Source: Gammaproteobacteria bacterium
Lineage (GTDB): Bacteria > Pseudomonadota > Gammaproteobacteria > VBWC01
Direction of reading: 5' to 3'
NCBI GenBank assembly: GCA_006218035.1
Contig: VBWC01000006.1
Location: 6,266-70,265, forward strand
Length of the DNA: 64,000 bases
Made by a program: the position numbers and the translations under genes. Under the pieces are notes generated by a model. The model searched no databases and was not told the origin of the DNA. It was given only the letters and a program-made list of their open reading frames with translations. The stretch's first letter is position 1; the number at the start of each line of letters is the position of its first letter. Shown here one piece after another: positions 32,866 to 43,454 of this stretch.

Positions 32866-33845
32866 CTGTGAGCGGACGCGATATATTACGAATTGCCGTT
32901 CTGGTCTTGGCTGTCGTCACGGTCGAAGGCGCTGTCGCCGCTTCGGCTGCGCCCGCCATGCCGAAGGATGTCGGCGAGATGGTGGTAATTCCCGCCGGCC
33001 ACTTCATCATGGGCAGCGACAAGACCGATGTGGACAAGAAGGCGCAGGAGGTCGGTTCGGTCAAGCCATGGCACGTCGATGAACGGCCGCAGCGCAAGCT
33101 TCGTCTCGAGGACTTTCGCATCGACAGGCACGAGGTCGCCAACGCCGGTTATCGAACCTTTGTCATCAAGGCCAACTACTGGGTGCCGCCGGCGTGGGCG
33201 CGTAGCGGTTACCTGTTGACGCGCAGCATTCTCGACATCGCCGATGTCGACCAGTTACGTCATCTGGCCACGGAGGTATTCCAGCTTGATATGGATACGC
33301 GGGTCATGAGCCGCGAGCAGTTGCTCGATGCGATTGTGCAGCATCAGCAGGAAATGGACCAACTGCCGGTCACGGGTGTTACCTGGGAAAACGCACGCGA
33401 GTACTGCCGCTGGGCCGGCAAGCGTTTGCCTACCGAGGCGGAATGGGAGAAGGCGGCACGCGGGCCGGATGGCCGCGAGTACCCGTGGGGAGACCAGTGG
33501 GATGCGACACGGCTCAACGCCGGCGACGATCGGCTGTGGCCGAATCACGTCGCGCCGGTAACGGCATATGAATCCGGCAAGTCGTTTTATGGTGTTTACC
33601 AGATGGCCGGTAACGTCATGGAATGGGTGGAAGACTCCTATGGCCCGTATGCCGGATCGGATTATCGGAGCGTCGCATTCGTGCCCGGTAACAAGGTCGT
33701 GCGCGGGGGCGGCTGGGGCGGTGTCGGTCACTACGCGATCAGTCATCTGTATCGCGGCGCGTACCGTTTTTACCTGCCGGAGAATTCGATGTTCAATGAT
33801 TTGGGGTTTCGCTGCGCTGCGGACGGCATGCAGGCCGCGCCGTAA
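32862..33845 (+). CDS. Exported FGE-sulfatase (SUMF1) fold protein
   Basis: GTGA overlap with previous gene; signal peptide; RLPTEAEWEKAARG, MAGNVMEW, GFRCA. Confidence 0.9.
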   Translation: MTVSGRDILRIAVLVLAVVTVEGAVAASAAPAMPKDVGEMVVIPAGHFIMGSDKTDVDKKAQEVGSVKPWHVDERPQRKLRLEDFRIDRHEVANAGYRTFVIKANYWVPPAWARSGYLLTRSILDIADVDQLRHLATEVFQLDMDTRVMSREQLLDAIVQHQQEMDQLPVTGVTWENAREYCRWAGKRLPTEAEWEKAARGPDGREYPWGDQWDATRLNAGDDRLWPNHVAPVTAYESGKSFYGVYQMAGNVMEWVEDSYGPYAGSDYRSVAFVPGNKVVRGGGWGGVGHYAISHLYRGAYRFYLPENSMFNDLGFRCAADGMQAAP

Positions 33846-33858
33846 TCAGCACCGCCCC

Positions 33859-34215
33859 CTACCTGCCGGCGCCAACGATCGGAGTTTGTTGCTGGGCGCA
33901 GGAATAGAATACGTTAACGGCGTAGTCGTGTGGCGACCCTTCCCACAGATAGGCATCCAGAATCACCGTCAGCAGCGGGGTTGATAACCTGTTTCCGGCG
34001 GCCGCGCCGGTCCCCGCGCTTAGCGCCGCCATATCAAGCGCATGCTCCGCCGGCACGCCGAGGCGGGAATTGATCACGGAATCGAAGCCAACCATCGCCG
34101 AACCAAAACACCCGCTTGCCCCTCCACCGACAACGTGAATATCAAGACCGGCCGGTACCGGTGCCGACAGACCCAGCATTACCGCCACCCACATTGTCCT
34201 GATAATCCGTTTCAT
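33859..34215 (-). CDS. Small secreted hypothetical protein with two Cys
   Basis: GGAGG RBS, signal peptide, 118 aa. Confidence 0.7.
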   Translation of the reverse strand: MKRIIRTMWVAVMLGLSAPVPAGLDIHVVGGGASGCFGSAMVGFDSVINSRLGVPAEHALDMAALSAGTGAAAGNRLSTPLLTVILDAYLWEGSPHDYAVNVFYSCAQQQTPIVGAGR

Positions 34216-34445
34216 GAATCACCTCCATCGGGTGCCCATACTAGTTAGAGATATCTGTCAGCTCCTTGGTTCCTGGTTGACGTGCATTCAATGCTCAGCA
34301 TTTCATCCGGTCTGTTATTACTATTGTCGGCACAGAAAACGTGGGTTTAAGGCTGGCGTGGCAGAGGGAATCAGCATGTGACTGAAATTTAGAGAGAAAC
34401 AAATCGTACGCGTACCGCCGGCGAGTACAGGCGGCGCGGTAGTCG

Positions 34446-34841
34446 CTAGCGCTCTGGCGGTATCGTGCGCTTGTTGAAGTTTTCGTCGATGGCGACGTAG
34501 GTGAGTGTGGCGTCGGCGACCTTGTTGGAACGGTCGGTTGGCGAGACGTGACTGGCAAAGATGGTTATTTCGACCGTAACGGATGTGGTGCCAACATGGG
34601 TGACGGAACCATAGATGGTGACAATGTCACCCACCAGCACCGGTTTATAAAACTGAAACGTATTAACGGCGACGGTAACGACGCGCCCGCTGGCACGCTG
34701 CATTGCGACGACGCTGCCGGCCAGATCGGCCTGCGACATCAGCCAGCCGCCGAAAATATTGCCGGCCGCGTTGGTGTCGCTCGGCATCGGTATCACGCGC
34801 AGCACCGGCTGCGGAATTTCTCCTGGTAACTCTTCGCTCAT
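34446..34841 (-). CDS. Acyl-CoA thioesterase (YciA-like hotdog fold)
   Basis: MPSDTNAAGNIFGGWLMSQAD; last gene of the fad operon. Confidence 0.92.
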   Translation of the reverse strand: MSEELPGEIPQPVLRVIPMPSDTNAAGNIFGGWLMSQADLAGSVVAMQRASGRVVTVAVNTFQFYKPVLVGDIVTIYGSVTHVGTTSVTVEITIFASHVSPTDRSNKVADATLTYVAIDENFNKRTIPPER

Positions 34842-34845
34842 CTCT

Positions 34846-36660
34846 TTAGTGACCTTCGTAAAGTTTCTCGATGATTTTCTGGTAACGCGCCAATATGGCA
34901 GGTCGGCGCTGTTTCATAGAGGGCGTTATCAAACCGTTCTCTATCGTCCAGGACTCGCGCAACACCGCAGCACGCCGGATCTGCGCATACCCCGGGAAGT
35001 GGCGCGTCGCGTCGCCGATACGTTTCAATACCGCATCGACTACCGGCGGGCTGCTCAGCGATGCCTCGGCATCGGCATCGACACTCAGCCCGCTGGCAAA
35101 CCGTTGCCACTGGTCGTTATCGACTACCACCAGTGCGGCGAGATATGGCCGCGCCTCGCCGATCACCATGACCTGTTCGAACAGCGGATCGTTGCTGATT
35201 GCCATTTCCATGTCGGCTGGCGGCACCTTCTCGCCGTTCGCCAGCACAATGATTTCTTTTAAGCGCCCGGTTATGTAGATGTGATGGCGCTCGATCCGCG
35301 CCTGGTCGCCGGTACGCAGCCAGCCGTCGGCGTCGACGGCGTCGCGCGTGGCATCGGGCAGGTTCCAGTAGCCGAGCATGATGCCGGGGCTACGCACCAG
35401 CAGTTCATCATTTTCACCGGTACGCACTTCAACGTCCGGCAATGGTGCGCCGACACTGGCGGGATCGTTACTATCCTGACGATTCACGCTGATCACCGGG
35501 CCGGCCTCGGTCATGCCATAACCCTGCACGAGCGTGATGCCCAGCCCGATAAACAGTCGCGCCACGTCGGGTGACAGTGCGGCGCCGCCGCACACCGCGA
35601 GCCGCACGCGACCACCGAGGCGCTCGTGGATCTTGCCAGCGACCAGGCGTTCGAGCACCGGCCAGAGCAACAGCGACAAATGCCAGGACGCGCGGTTTTG
35701 CAGATAAAGAAAGCGCCGCCAGCCGATATTTTCCGCCGCCGCAAACAAGGCGCGTGCGAACGCAGGCTTCTCGGCAAGTTGCGCCTGTATGCGGCTTTGT
35801 ACTCTCTCGAAGATGCGCGGCACCGAGATGATGATCGTTGGACGGACGGTCAGCAGGTCGTCGGCCAGCTGCGGGATCGAGCGCGAGAACGCAACCGTGG
35901 CGCCGGCCATGATCGGTGCGTAGTACCCGACCGTGCGCTCGAGGGTGTGCGACAGCGGCAGAAACGATAAAAAAAGATCCTCGCGAAAGATATCAAAACT
36001 GCGCAGACAACTGGCGGCGTTCCACAGCAGGTTGCCGTGACTGAGCATGACCCCCTTTGGCCGCCCGGTGGTGCCGGAGGTGTAGACAATGGTGGCGAGC
36101 GTTGCGGGGTCGATGTCTGCAACGTGCAAATCGCCGCCTCGTTCCGGTAGCCACACGGCGGACACGATCAGCCGCGAGTCCGCCGGCAGCCCGTCAATGA
36201 CATTCAGCGAAACAACACGTCGACAGCAATCCAGGTCATCCAGCACGGGCACGAGCGCCTGCCATTGATCGGCACCTTCGATCAGCAGCAGTTGCACCGC
36301 CGCATCCTTGATAATGTAGGCGATATTTTCGGGGCGGTCGTTGGTATACAGCGGGACCACGACCAGGCCCAGGCCCAGCGCCGCCTGATCGAACATCACC
36401 CATTCCCGGCTGTTGCGCGTCATCACGGCGACGCGGTCGCCGGCGTGCAAATTCTCCTGACGCATCGCTGCCTGCCAGCGCGCCACCTGCTGTTCCATCG
36501 AACGCCAGGTGCAATCACGCCACTGCCCGCCAGGGCTGTCAAAGTAGCGGTAAGCAATATGCTCCGGTGTGCGCCGCGCGCGCTCGGAAAACAGGCCGCA
36601 CAGCGTTACGGCGGTATCGGCGGGAATAACGTCGAGGGTATTCGCTGGTGTGCTGGTCAC
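34846..36660 (-). CDS. fadD: Long-chain fatty acid--CoA ligase
   Basis: YTSGTTGRPKG, QGYGMTE, WLRTGD; GTG 36660 chosen to avoid overlap with fadJ. Confidence 0.9.
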   Translation of the reverse strand: MTSTPANTLDVIPADTAVTLCGLFSERARRTPEHIAYRYFDSPGGQWRDCTWRSMEQQVARWQAAMRQENLHAGDRVAVMTRNSREWVMFDQAALGLGLVVVPLYTNDRPENIAYIIKDAAVQLLLIEGADQWQALVPVLDDLDCCRRVVSLNVIDGLPADSRLIVSAVWLPERGGDLHVADIDPATLATIVYTSGTTGRPKGVMLSHGNLLWNAASCLRSFDIFREDLFLSFLPLSHTLERTVGYYAPIMAGATVAFSRSIPQLADDLLTVRPTIIISVPRIFERVQSRIQAQLAEKPAFARALFAAAENIGWRRFLYLQNRASWHLSLLLWPVLERLVAGKIHERLGGRVRLAVCGGAALSPDVARLFIGLGITLVQGYGMTEAGPVISVNRQDSNDPASVGAPLPDVEVRTGENDELLVRSPGIMLGYWNLPDATRDAVDADGWLRTGDQARIERHHIYITGRLKEIIVLANGEKVPPADMEMAISNDPLFEQVMVIGEARPYLAALVVVDNDQWQRFASGLSVDADAEASLSSPPVVDAVLKRIGDATRHFPGYAQIRRAAVLRESWTIENGLITPSMKQRRPAILARYQKIIEKLYEGH

Positions 36661-36664
36661 GATG

Positions 36665-38710
36665 TCAGACGAGTTGCGTCCATCCGGCATCCGGCGCGAA
36701 ACGCTTGCCGTGACGCTGTTCCAGTTCACGCAACGTGGCCAGCAACTGATTGGCGCCCGCCTGATCGAGGTAGTGCAGCGGTCCGCCGCGGAATGGCGCG
36801 AAACCGGTACCGAAAATCACGCCGGCATCGAGAGCGTCGCTATTGTCGACGACGTTCTCGCGCAGGCAGGCGACCGCTTCGTTGAGCAGCCGCAGCATCA
36901 GCCGGTTAGCGACATCGCGGGATGGTTCGCGATCCTTGGGCAGTCGCGCCTTTACCGGTTTGCCCTTCTTGTAACGATAAAAGCCCTGCCCCGACTTCCG
37001 TCCCAGATGTTGGGCGGCGACCAGATTCTTCAACCGCTCCGGGATCGTTGTGGTGAAGTTGTTGCCGCCGAGGCCCTTCGACAGGATGTCCGCGACCGAC
37101 AGGCAGATATCCAGCCCGACGGTATCGGCGAGTTCTATCGGGCCCATCGGCATGCCGAAATCCGTCGCGGCGCGGTCGATCTCGGTCGCCGGCACGCCCT
37201 CGCTTTCGAGCACTACCGCCTCCATCAGATAGGGCATCAATATCCGGTTGACGAGAAATCCGGGGGTGCTGGTGACCTGCAGCGGCAGACGGTCGATTTG
37301 ACGGGCAAACGCGCTGGCCCGGTTAACAACGCCGGCGTCGGTGTCCGGTCCTGCCACGACCTCGATCAGCGGCATCTTGGACACCGGGTTGAAGAAGTGC
37401 AGGCCGACCAGGCGCGCCGGTGCCGCCAGCGAATTGCCGATGACCTCGAGCGGAATGCTCGAGGTGTTGGTGGCGAGTATCGCGCTGCCCTTTACCTTGC
37501 GCTCAATGTCGCGAAACAGTGCCTGCTTGGCGTCGGCGTTTTCAAAGATGGCTTCGATGATCACGTCGGCCCGCGTCAGCCCGTCGCCATTAACGTCCGG
37601 CATGAGCCGGTCCATCGCCGCCTGAACGAGATTTGGCAGTTTCAGGCGCTCCGTAAAAAGCTTGTGCGCCCGGGACAGAACCGCGCCCAGCGCCTCGATA
37701 CGTTGATCCTGGATGGTGACGCGCAATCCCTGCAGCGCACACCAGGCGGCGATGTCGCCGCCCATGACGCCGCCACCGATGACGTGCACATGTTTCGCCT
37801 TGAAGTCGGTACCGCGCCCGTGTGTTTTCAGCTGGTTCTGCAACTGGAACACGCGTACCAGATTACGCGCGGTATCACCGATGATCAGCCTGGCGACCGA
37901 ATTGGCTTCCTCGGTCAGCATGCGCTCGGGCCGATCACCGTACTGCGCCCACAGATCGATTAACGCGTATGGCGCCGGATAGTGTTTCCGATCGGCCTTT
38001 TTCGCCACATTGTATTTCAGAAAGCGGGCCAGCCCCGGCCGCAGCCAGCGGCGATCGAGCCACTGCTGCCAGCGACGTGCGCGGCGCGGCGGCGGCGGTT
38101 TGTGTATCATTGACCGGGCGCCGTTTTTCAGGTGACGCAGCGGTACCGCGTGATCGACCAGGCCGATCTTCTTCGCGGCGCGCGCACTGACCGTGCGTCC
38201 GGTCAGCATCAGGTCCATCGCCGCGGGCGCACCCAGCAACCGGATCGATCTGACCGTACCACCGAAACCGGGATGAATGCCGAGGCGGACTTCCGGCAGG
38301 CCGAGGCGCGTGTTGGCTTCATCGGCGGCGATGCGATACCGGCAGGCAAGGGCCAGTTCAAGGCCGCCGCCGAGACAGTAACCGTGGATCAGTGCGACGG
38401 TTGGAAACGCGAGTCGTTCGATATGATCCATGATGCCCTGGCCGCGCTGAATCAGCTCCAGCGCCCGGTTCGGCGTATCAATCGCCGTGAATTCGCTGAC
38501 ATCGGCGCCGGCGATAAAACCGGATGTTTTCGCCGATAGAATAACCAGTCCGCGTGGCCGTTCACCGGCCAGTTGTTCCAGGATAGCGTCGAGTTCCTCA
38601 AGAACCTCCCTGGAAAGCACGTTGGCGCCCGCGTCGGCCTTGTCGAAATACAGCCACGCGATATTGTCGTCGTCGGTCTCCAGTCGCCAGTGACGCGCGT
38701 TGTAGTTCAT
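36665..38710 (-). CDS. fadJ: Fatty acid oxidation complex alpha subunit
   Basis: FIAGAD, GGGLELALAC, GGGVMG, GLHFFNPV, PGFLVNRIL. Confidence 0.9.
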   Translation of the reverse strand: MNYNARHWRLETDDDNIAWLYFDKADAGANVLSREVLEELDAILEQLAGERPRGLVILSAKTSGFIAGADVSEFTAIDTPNRALELIQRGQGIMDHIERLAFPTVALIHGYCLGGGLELALACRYRIAADEANTRLGLPEVRLGIHPGFGGTVRSIRLLGAPAAMDLMLTGRTVSARAAKKIGLVDHAVPLRHLKNGARSMIHKPPPPRRARRWQQWLDRRWLRPGLARFLKYNVAKKADRKHYPAPYALIDLWAQYGDRPERMLTEEANSVARLIIGDTARNLVRVFQLQNQLKTHGRGTDFKAKHVHVIGGGVMGGDIAAWCALQGLRVTIQDQRIEALGAVLSRAHKLFTERLKLPNLVQAAMDRLMPDVNGDGLTRADVIIEAIFENADAKQALFRDIERKVKGSAILATNTSSIPLEVIGNSLAAPARLVGLHFFNPVSKMPLIEVVAGPDTDAGVVNRASAFARQIDRLPLQVTSTPGFLVNRILMPYLMEAVVLESEGVPATEIDRAATDFGMPMGPIELADTVGLDICLSVADILSKGLGGNNFTTTIPERLKNLVAAQHLGRKSGQGFYRYKKGKPVKARLPKDREPSRDVANRLMLRLLNEAVACLRENVVDNSDALDAGVIFGTGFAPFRGGPLHYLDQAGANQLLATLRELEQRHGKRFAPDAGWTQLV

Positions 38711-40014
38711 GATCCCGCCCCGGTGTCGTGTTCGACCAGCATGGCGCCGCCCTGGCCGCCGCCGATGCACAGGCTCGCGATGCCGCGTTTCGCCCGCTGT
38801 CGCGCCAGCACGTGCAACAAATGCAGGACGATACGCGCACCGCTGGCACCCACCGGATGACCGATGCTGACGCCGCCGCCGTCGACATTGAGCCGCCCGT
38901 GATCGATATGCCCGATAGCACCTGACAGGCCGAGCTCGGCCCGGCAATAGCCGTCGTCCGCCAATGCCGCCAGGCAAGCGATCACCTGCGCCGCGAACGC
39001 CTCGTTGATTTCCCAGTAATCGACTTCGCCGAGTTTGAGCTTGTTGCGCGTCATCAGCGGCGCAATGGAATGTACCGGACCCAGGCCCATCTGTGCCGGA
39101 TCGACGCCAGCCCACTGGCTGTCAACGATGCGGCCGATCACCGGCAATTTATGCTTATACACGGCGTTCTCGCTGGCGAGAACCAGCAGGCTCGCGCCAT
39201 CGGTAATCTGCGCGCTGTTACCGGCCGTGACATTGCCGAAGGGTTTGTCGAATACCGGCCGGAGTTTCGCCAGACCGTCAACGCTGGAGTCGCGGCGCAG
39301 GCCGTCGTCGTGTTGATACACATTGCCGCGCGTATCATAAATCGTTTCAATCTCGCCGAGTCCGTTGTTGTCCTGCCCGGCCGCCAGCCGTCGGTGACTT
39401 TCCACGCTGAACGCGTCCATTTCGTTGCGGCTGATGCCGAAACGGTAAGCGAGATTTTCAGCGGTTTGACCCATCGTCAGCCCGACGACCGGATCCGTCA
39501 GGCCGCGCAGCAGACCGATCACCGGTTTAAAATGTTTTGGCCGCAGCCGGGCAAATTGTTTCAGGCGCGCGCCTGCTGATCGTGCTGCACTCAGGCCGCC
39601 GAGCCACGCGACCATCGCGTTGTTGTACAGCACTGGCGCGTGGCTCATCGATTCGGTGCCGCCGGCCAGCACCAGCTCTGATCGTCCGCTGGCGATATTG
39701 TGGAACGCGCAGTCCAGGGCCTGCATGCCCGAGGCGCAGTTGCGCTGCACCGTCCAGGCGGGAACGCCATGCCCGCAACCGAGGCGCAGCGCCACGACAC
39801 GGCCGATGTTTGCCTCGTCGGGTCCCGGCATGACGCAACCGAGTATCACCTCGTCGAGATCGGCCGGTTCGAATGACTGGCGTGCCAGCAACGGCCGGCC
39901 ACACGCGATGGCAAGGTCGGATGCGGTGAACGGACCGGGCGTGCCGCGTGTTTTCAAAAACGGTGTACGGCTACCGTCGACAACGTAGACTATCCGTCCC
40001 GAGATGGCGCTCAT
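38707..40014 (-). CDS. fadI: 3-ketoacyl-CoA thiolase
   Basis: QRNCASG, EINEAFA, GHPVGASG, CIGGGQG. Confidence 0.9.
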   Translation of the reverse strand: MSAISGRIVYVVDGSRTPFLKTRGTPGPFTASDLAIACGRPLLARQSFEPADLDEVILGCVMPGPDEANIGRVVALRLGCGHGVPAWTVQRNCASGMQALDCAFHNIASGRSELVLAGGTESMSHAPVLYNNAMVAWLGGLSAARSAGARLKQFARLRPKHFKPVIGLLRGLTDPVVGLTMGQTAENLAYRFGISRNEMDAFSVESHRRLAAGQDNNGLGEIETIYDTRGNVYQHDDGLRRDSSVDGLAKLRPVFDKPFGNVTAGNSAQITDGASLLVLASENAVYKHKLPVIGRIVDSQWAGVDPAQMGLGPVHSIAPLMTRNKLKLGEVDYWEINEAFAAQVIACLAALADDGYCRAELGLSGAIGHIDHGRLNVDGGGVSIGHPVGASGARIVLHLLHVLARQRAKRGIASLCIGGGQGGAMLVEHDTGAGS

Positions 40015-40126
40015 GATGGGGGTGATACGCTCCTTGTCGCCGCTTCCGTTATGTCCGCTCGTCCGGTGTTCCGGACCCATTGTAAAACTTTTTCCAGCAT
40101 CGTGTATTTCACAGGAGGTGCGCAGG

Positions 40127-42550
40127 TCACTTGAAATCTGCGGTGAAATCGTCGACCCGGATCACGTCCTTGCGCGCCAGTTCAGCCGCATGCAGTGTGC
40201 CTGCCTCGCTGGCATCAATGACACCCTTGTCGAGCCCGTCCGCCGCCAGCGCCTCGATATCGCGACCCGCGAGCCGGCCGCTTGCGGCAGCCGCGCGCAG
40301 TTTCTTCTCGATCGCTTCGGCTGCCACGATTTTTGTCAGCGCGTCCTCGATCCGACCGAGGGCCTCGTTGGGGTCTTGCGAGACAAAAATACCCGCCGTC
40401 AGTCGGTCGCGCACCGCGGAGGGTTGCAGCAAGAGGTCGGCGATGCGATGCCCCAGTTCATCCGACGGAGCACGAAACGGCATGCCGGTCGGAAACGCGA
40501 TCAACCGCAGCAGCCACGCCACAGGACGGCTGGGAAGGTTTCTGAAGACACCGTTGAATGCGGTTTGCATCGCATGCAACGCGTCCTGGCACGCCCATTC
40601 CACGAGCGGCAGATCCTCGGCCGGCCGGCCCTGATTTTCAAAATGCTTCAGTACACTGGACATCAGATACATCTGCGCCAGTACATCGCCCAGCCGCCCT
40701 GACAACTTTTCGCGACGTTTCAGTGCGCCGCCCAGCAACAGCATCGTCACATCCGCGGTGATTGCAAATGCCGCGCTCATCCAGGTCAACCGCTGGTAAT
40801 AGCGCCGGGTTGGGCCGGAAAACGGTGTCGGTGAGAGCCGCGCGCGGGTCAGGCCGAGGAACAGCGAACGCGCCGCGTTGCTGATCGCGAATCCGATATG
40901 GCCGGCCAGCGCGGTGTCGAAGTCGCGCGCCGAGCGGACCGGGTCCGCGTCCATCGCCGCTTCCATTTCCTCAAAGACGTAGGGATGACAGCGGATCGCT
41001 CCCTGGCCGAAGATGATCAGGCTGCGGGTCAGGATATTCGCGCCCTCGACTGTGATACTGATCGGGATCGATTGATAGACACGCGCCATGATGTTGCGTG
41101 GCCCCATGCAAATGCCGGCACCGCCCTGGACATCCATGGCGTCGTTGACAACCTTGCGCATATATTCAGTCAGGTGATATTTGACAATGGCCGACGGCAC
41201 CGAGGGTTTCTCGCCGAGATCGACGGCACCGGCGGTCATCGTGCGCGCCGCATCCATGACGTAGGTGTACCCGGCCATACGCGCCAGCGCTTCCTCGACG
41301 CCCTCGAACTTGCCGATCGGCAAGCGGAACTGGCGCCGGATGCGCGCATAGCCGCCGACGCCACGGCAAGCCAGTTTGCCGGCCCCGGTGCTGAGTGCCG
41401 GTAAAGAGATGCTGCGCCCTGCGGCCAATGATTCCATCAGCATCCGCCAGCCCTGGCCGACGCGTTTCTGTCCACCGATGATCCAGTCCATCGGAATGAA
41501 CACATCCTTGCCGCTGTTCGGCCCGTTCTGGAACGCCATGTTCAATGGCAGATGGCGGCGGCCGATGGTAATCCCCGGAGTCTGGGTCGGTATCAGCGCC
41601 AGCGTAATGCCGATGTCTTCCCGGTCACCCAGCAGATGATCCGGGTCATAGAGCTTGAACGCCAGGCCCAGCACGGTGGCGACCGGACCGAGCGTGATGT
41701 AGCGCTTGTCCCAGTTCAGGCGAATGCCGAGCACCTCCTTGCCGTCGAATCTGTCTCGGCAGACGATGCCGGTATCCGGTATGCCGCTCGCGTCACTGCC
41801 GGCCTCAGGACTCGTCAGCGCGAAACACGGTACCTCTTCACCACGGGCGAGCCGCGGCAGATAGTGCTTTTTCTGTTCGTCTGTGCCGTAGTGCAGCAAC
41901 AGCTCGGCCGGACCGAGCGAGTTAGGCACCATGACGGTCACCGCTGCGGTGACGCTGCGGCTGGCGACCTTCATAACAACGCTCGAATGCGCCAGCGCGG
42001 AAAACTCCAGCCCGCCGTAGCGCTTCGGAATGATCATGCCGAAGAAGCCGTGCTGCTTGATGAAGGTCCATATTTCCGGCGGCAGGTCGTGGTCGGTATG
42101 CGTGATGCGCCAGTCGTCCAGCAGGCGGCAAAGTTCGTCGACCGGGCCGTCCAGAAAGGCCTTCTCTTCCGATGTTAGTGTCGGGGAGGCAAAGCGTACG
42201 AACTGCTTCCAGTCCGGTCGGCCGCTGAACAGCTGGCTTTCCCACCATACCGAGCCGGCCTCAAGCGCCTCGCGCTCGGTTTGGGACATCGACGGCATGA
42301 TCTTGCGGAAGACACCCAGTAGCGGATCGCTCAGCCAGCGGCGGCGTATGCCGGCAACACCCAGGCACGCGACCAGCGTGATAAACGTCGACCAGAGTAC
42401 GAAGGTGGCGAGATAGCCGGAATCGCTGGTGATCGTGATGAAGCCGAGCACCGCGCCGATCGCAATGATCCAGCCCGCAAGCGGGGCCCGGATATAGGCC
42501 AGCAACCACGATAGCCCCAGTATGACCGCAAGCCACAGGGTCCAGCACAT
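40127..42550 (-). CDS. fadE: Acyl-CoA dehydrogenase
   Basis: N-terminal TM, MVPNSLGPAELL, ITVEGANILTR, RVDDF end. Confidence 0.95.
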   Translation of the reverse strand: MCWTLWLAVILGLSWLLAYIRAPLAGWIIAIGAVLGFITITSDSGYLATFVLWSTFITLVACLGVAGIRRRWLSDPLLGVFRKIMPSMSQTEREALEAGSVWWESQLFSGRPDWKQFVRFASPTLTSEEKAFLDGPVDELCRLLDDWRITHTDHDLPPEIWTFIKQHGFFGMIIPKRYGGLEFSALAHSSVVMKVASRSVTAAVTVMVPNSLGPAELLLHYGTDEQKKHYLPRLARGEEVPCFALTSPEAGSDASGIPDTGIVCRDRFDGKEVLGIRLNWDKRYITLGPVATVLGLAFKLYDPDHLLGDREDIGITLALIPTQTPGITIGRRHLPLNMAFQNGPNSGKDVFIPMDWIIGGQKRVGQGWRMLMESLAAGRSISLPALSTGAGKLACRGVGGYARIRRQFRLPIGKFEGVEEALARMAGYTYVMDAARTMTAGAVDLGEKPSVPSAIVKYHLTEYMRKVVNDAMDVQGGAGICMGPRNIMARVYQSIPISITVEGANILTRSLIIFGQGAIRCHPYVFEEMEAAMDADPVRSARDFDTALAGHIGFAISNAARSLFLGLTRARLSPTPFSGPTRRYYQRLTWMSAAFAITADVTMLLLGGALKRREKLSGRLGDVLAQMYLMSSVLKHFENQGRPAEDLPLVEWACQDALHAMQTAFNGVFRNLPSRPVAWLLRLIAFPTGMPFRAPSDELGHRIADLLLQPSAVRDRLTAGIFVSQDPNEALGRIEDALTKIVAAEAIEKKLRAAAASGRLAGRDIEALAADGLDKGVIDASEAGTLHAAELARKDVIRVDDFTADFK

Positions 42551-42830
42551 AGGCAACGCTCCTTCGTTGTTTTCAGTCTACCAGTTCGGCGCGGTTCCGC
42601 CGCATCTGGCCCGCCTGGTTGTCGCCGGCTTCACGTTCGTGGTCGTTGGCGATATCCACCGCCGATTAGAACCGCCTCGCAACACGCCGTCAAACAAGCT
42701 ATCCCGTTGTAATATCGGCAAGAATACCGGATTCTGTAGGCGTGGAATGTTGCGGCGACTATCGTTTGGTAGTCCGGAAACCGGTATTCAGACGGGCGAC
42801 AAACCGGGCGCTTCGTGCGGTCGGCCGTGA

Positions 42831-43304
42831 TCAAATATGCAGTATCAGCAGTATTTCGTAGGCAATCAGCAGGACATACAGGGAAAACACCCCGTACAGG
42901 AGATGCAGCACGCGGAAGCCGCCCCAAAGGTGGAACGTATAGTGCGTCACGAGAAAGATCAGGCCGAGTGATGTTAAGGCAAACTTGGTGGTGACGAATA
43001 ACGCGATGTCTTTCTGGATCAGAAAGTCCATCATCCCGTTCGCTTCAATGGCGCCACGCTGCAACAGTTCCAGCGTCAGGAACGCGTCCAACGAACTCAG
43101 ACACAGCGTCGCGATAATCGGCAGCCAAAGCGAGGGTTCATAGCGATCGACATAATGGCCGGCGACACGTCCACCGGCCAGCGTCACACGATCGGTTTCG
43201 CGGCGCAGCTGGCCGCGCCTGCCCCACAGGCGCTGGAAATTCATCAGCAGTTTCCAGCGTGACCGCGAGCGACGATCGACGGTATTTCGGCGTTCTGATT
43301 GCAC
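42831..43304 (-). CDS. DUF5658-like membrane protein
   Basis: ERRxxxDRR N-terminus, YVDRY, LDAFLTLELL-x-x-GA-x-EAN; GTG start with RBS. Confidence 0.75.
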   Translation of the reverse strand: MQSERRNTVDRRSRSRWKLLMNFQRLWGRRGQLRRETDRVTLAGGRVAGHYVDRYEPSLWLPIIATLCLSSLDAFLTLELLQRGAIEANGMMDFLIQKDIALFVTTKFALTSLGLIFLVTHYTFHLWGGFRVLHLLYGVFSLYVLLIAYEILLILHI

Positions 43305-43454
43305 AGCGTATTCTTCCCCCAATGACGCGCGATGTTCAAGCAGATTTCGTGCCACGAAAATTTGCGTCGCAGGATCAGGTGGATAACCCATACAGGCCGG
43401 CGGATAGCCAAAAAGTGGCAAGAAATCCGACAGCGTGAAGCAGCCGCGTACGGG

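Noticed and set aside
36665-39115. 816-aa ORF suggesting an extended fadJ
   Set aside because: Extension overlaps fadI in another frame; real start is ATG 38710
42690-42710. PsrA-type operator upstream of fadE
   Set aside because: Only one CAAAC half-site; no GTTTG at the expected spacing
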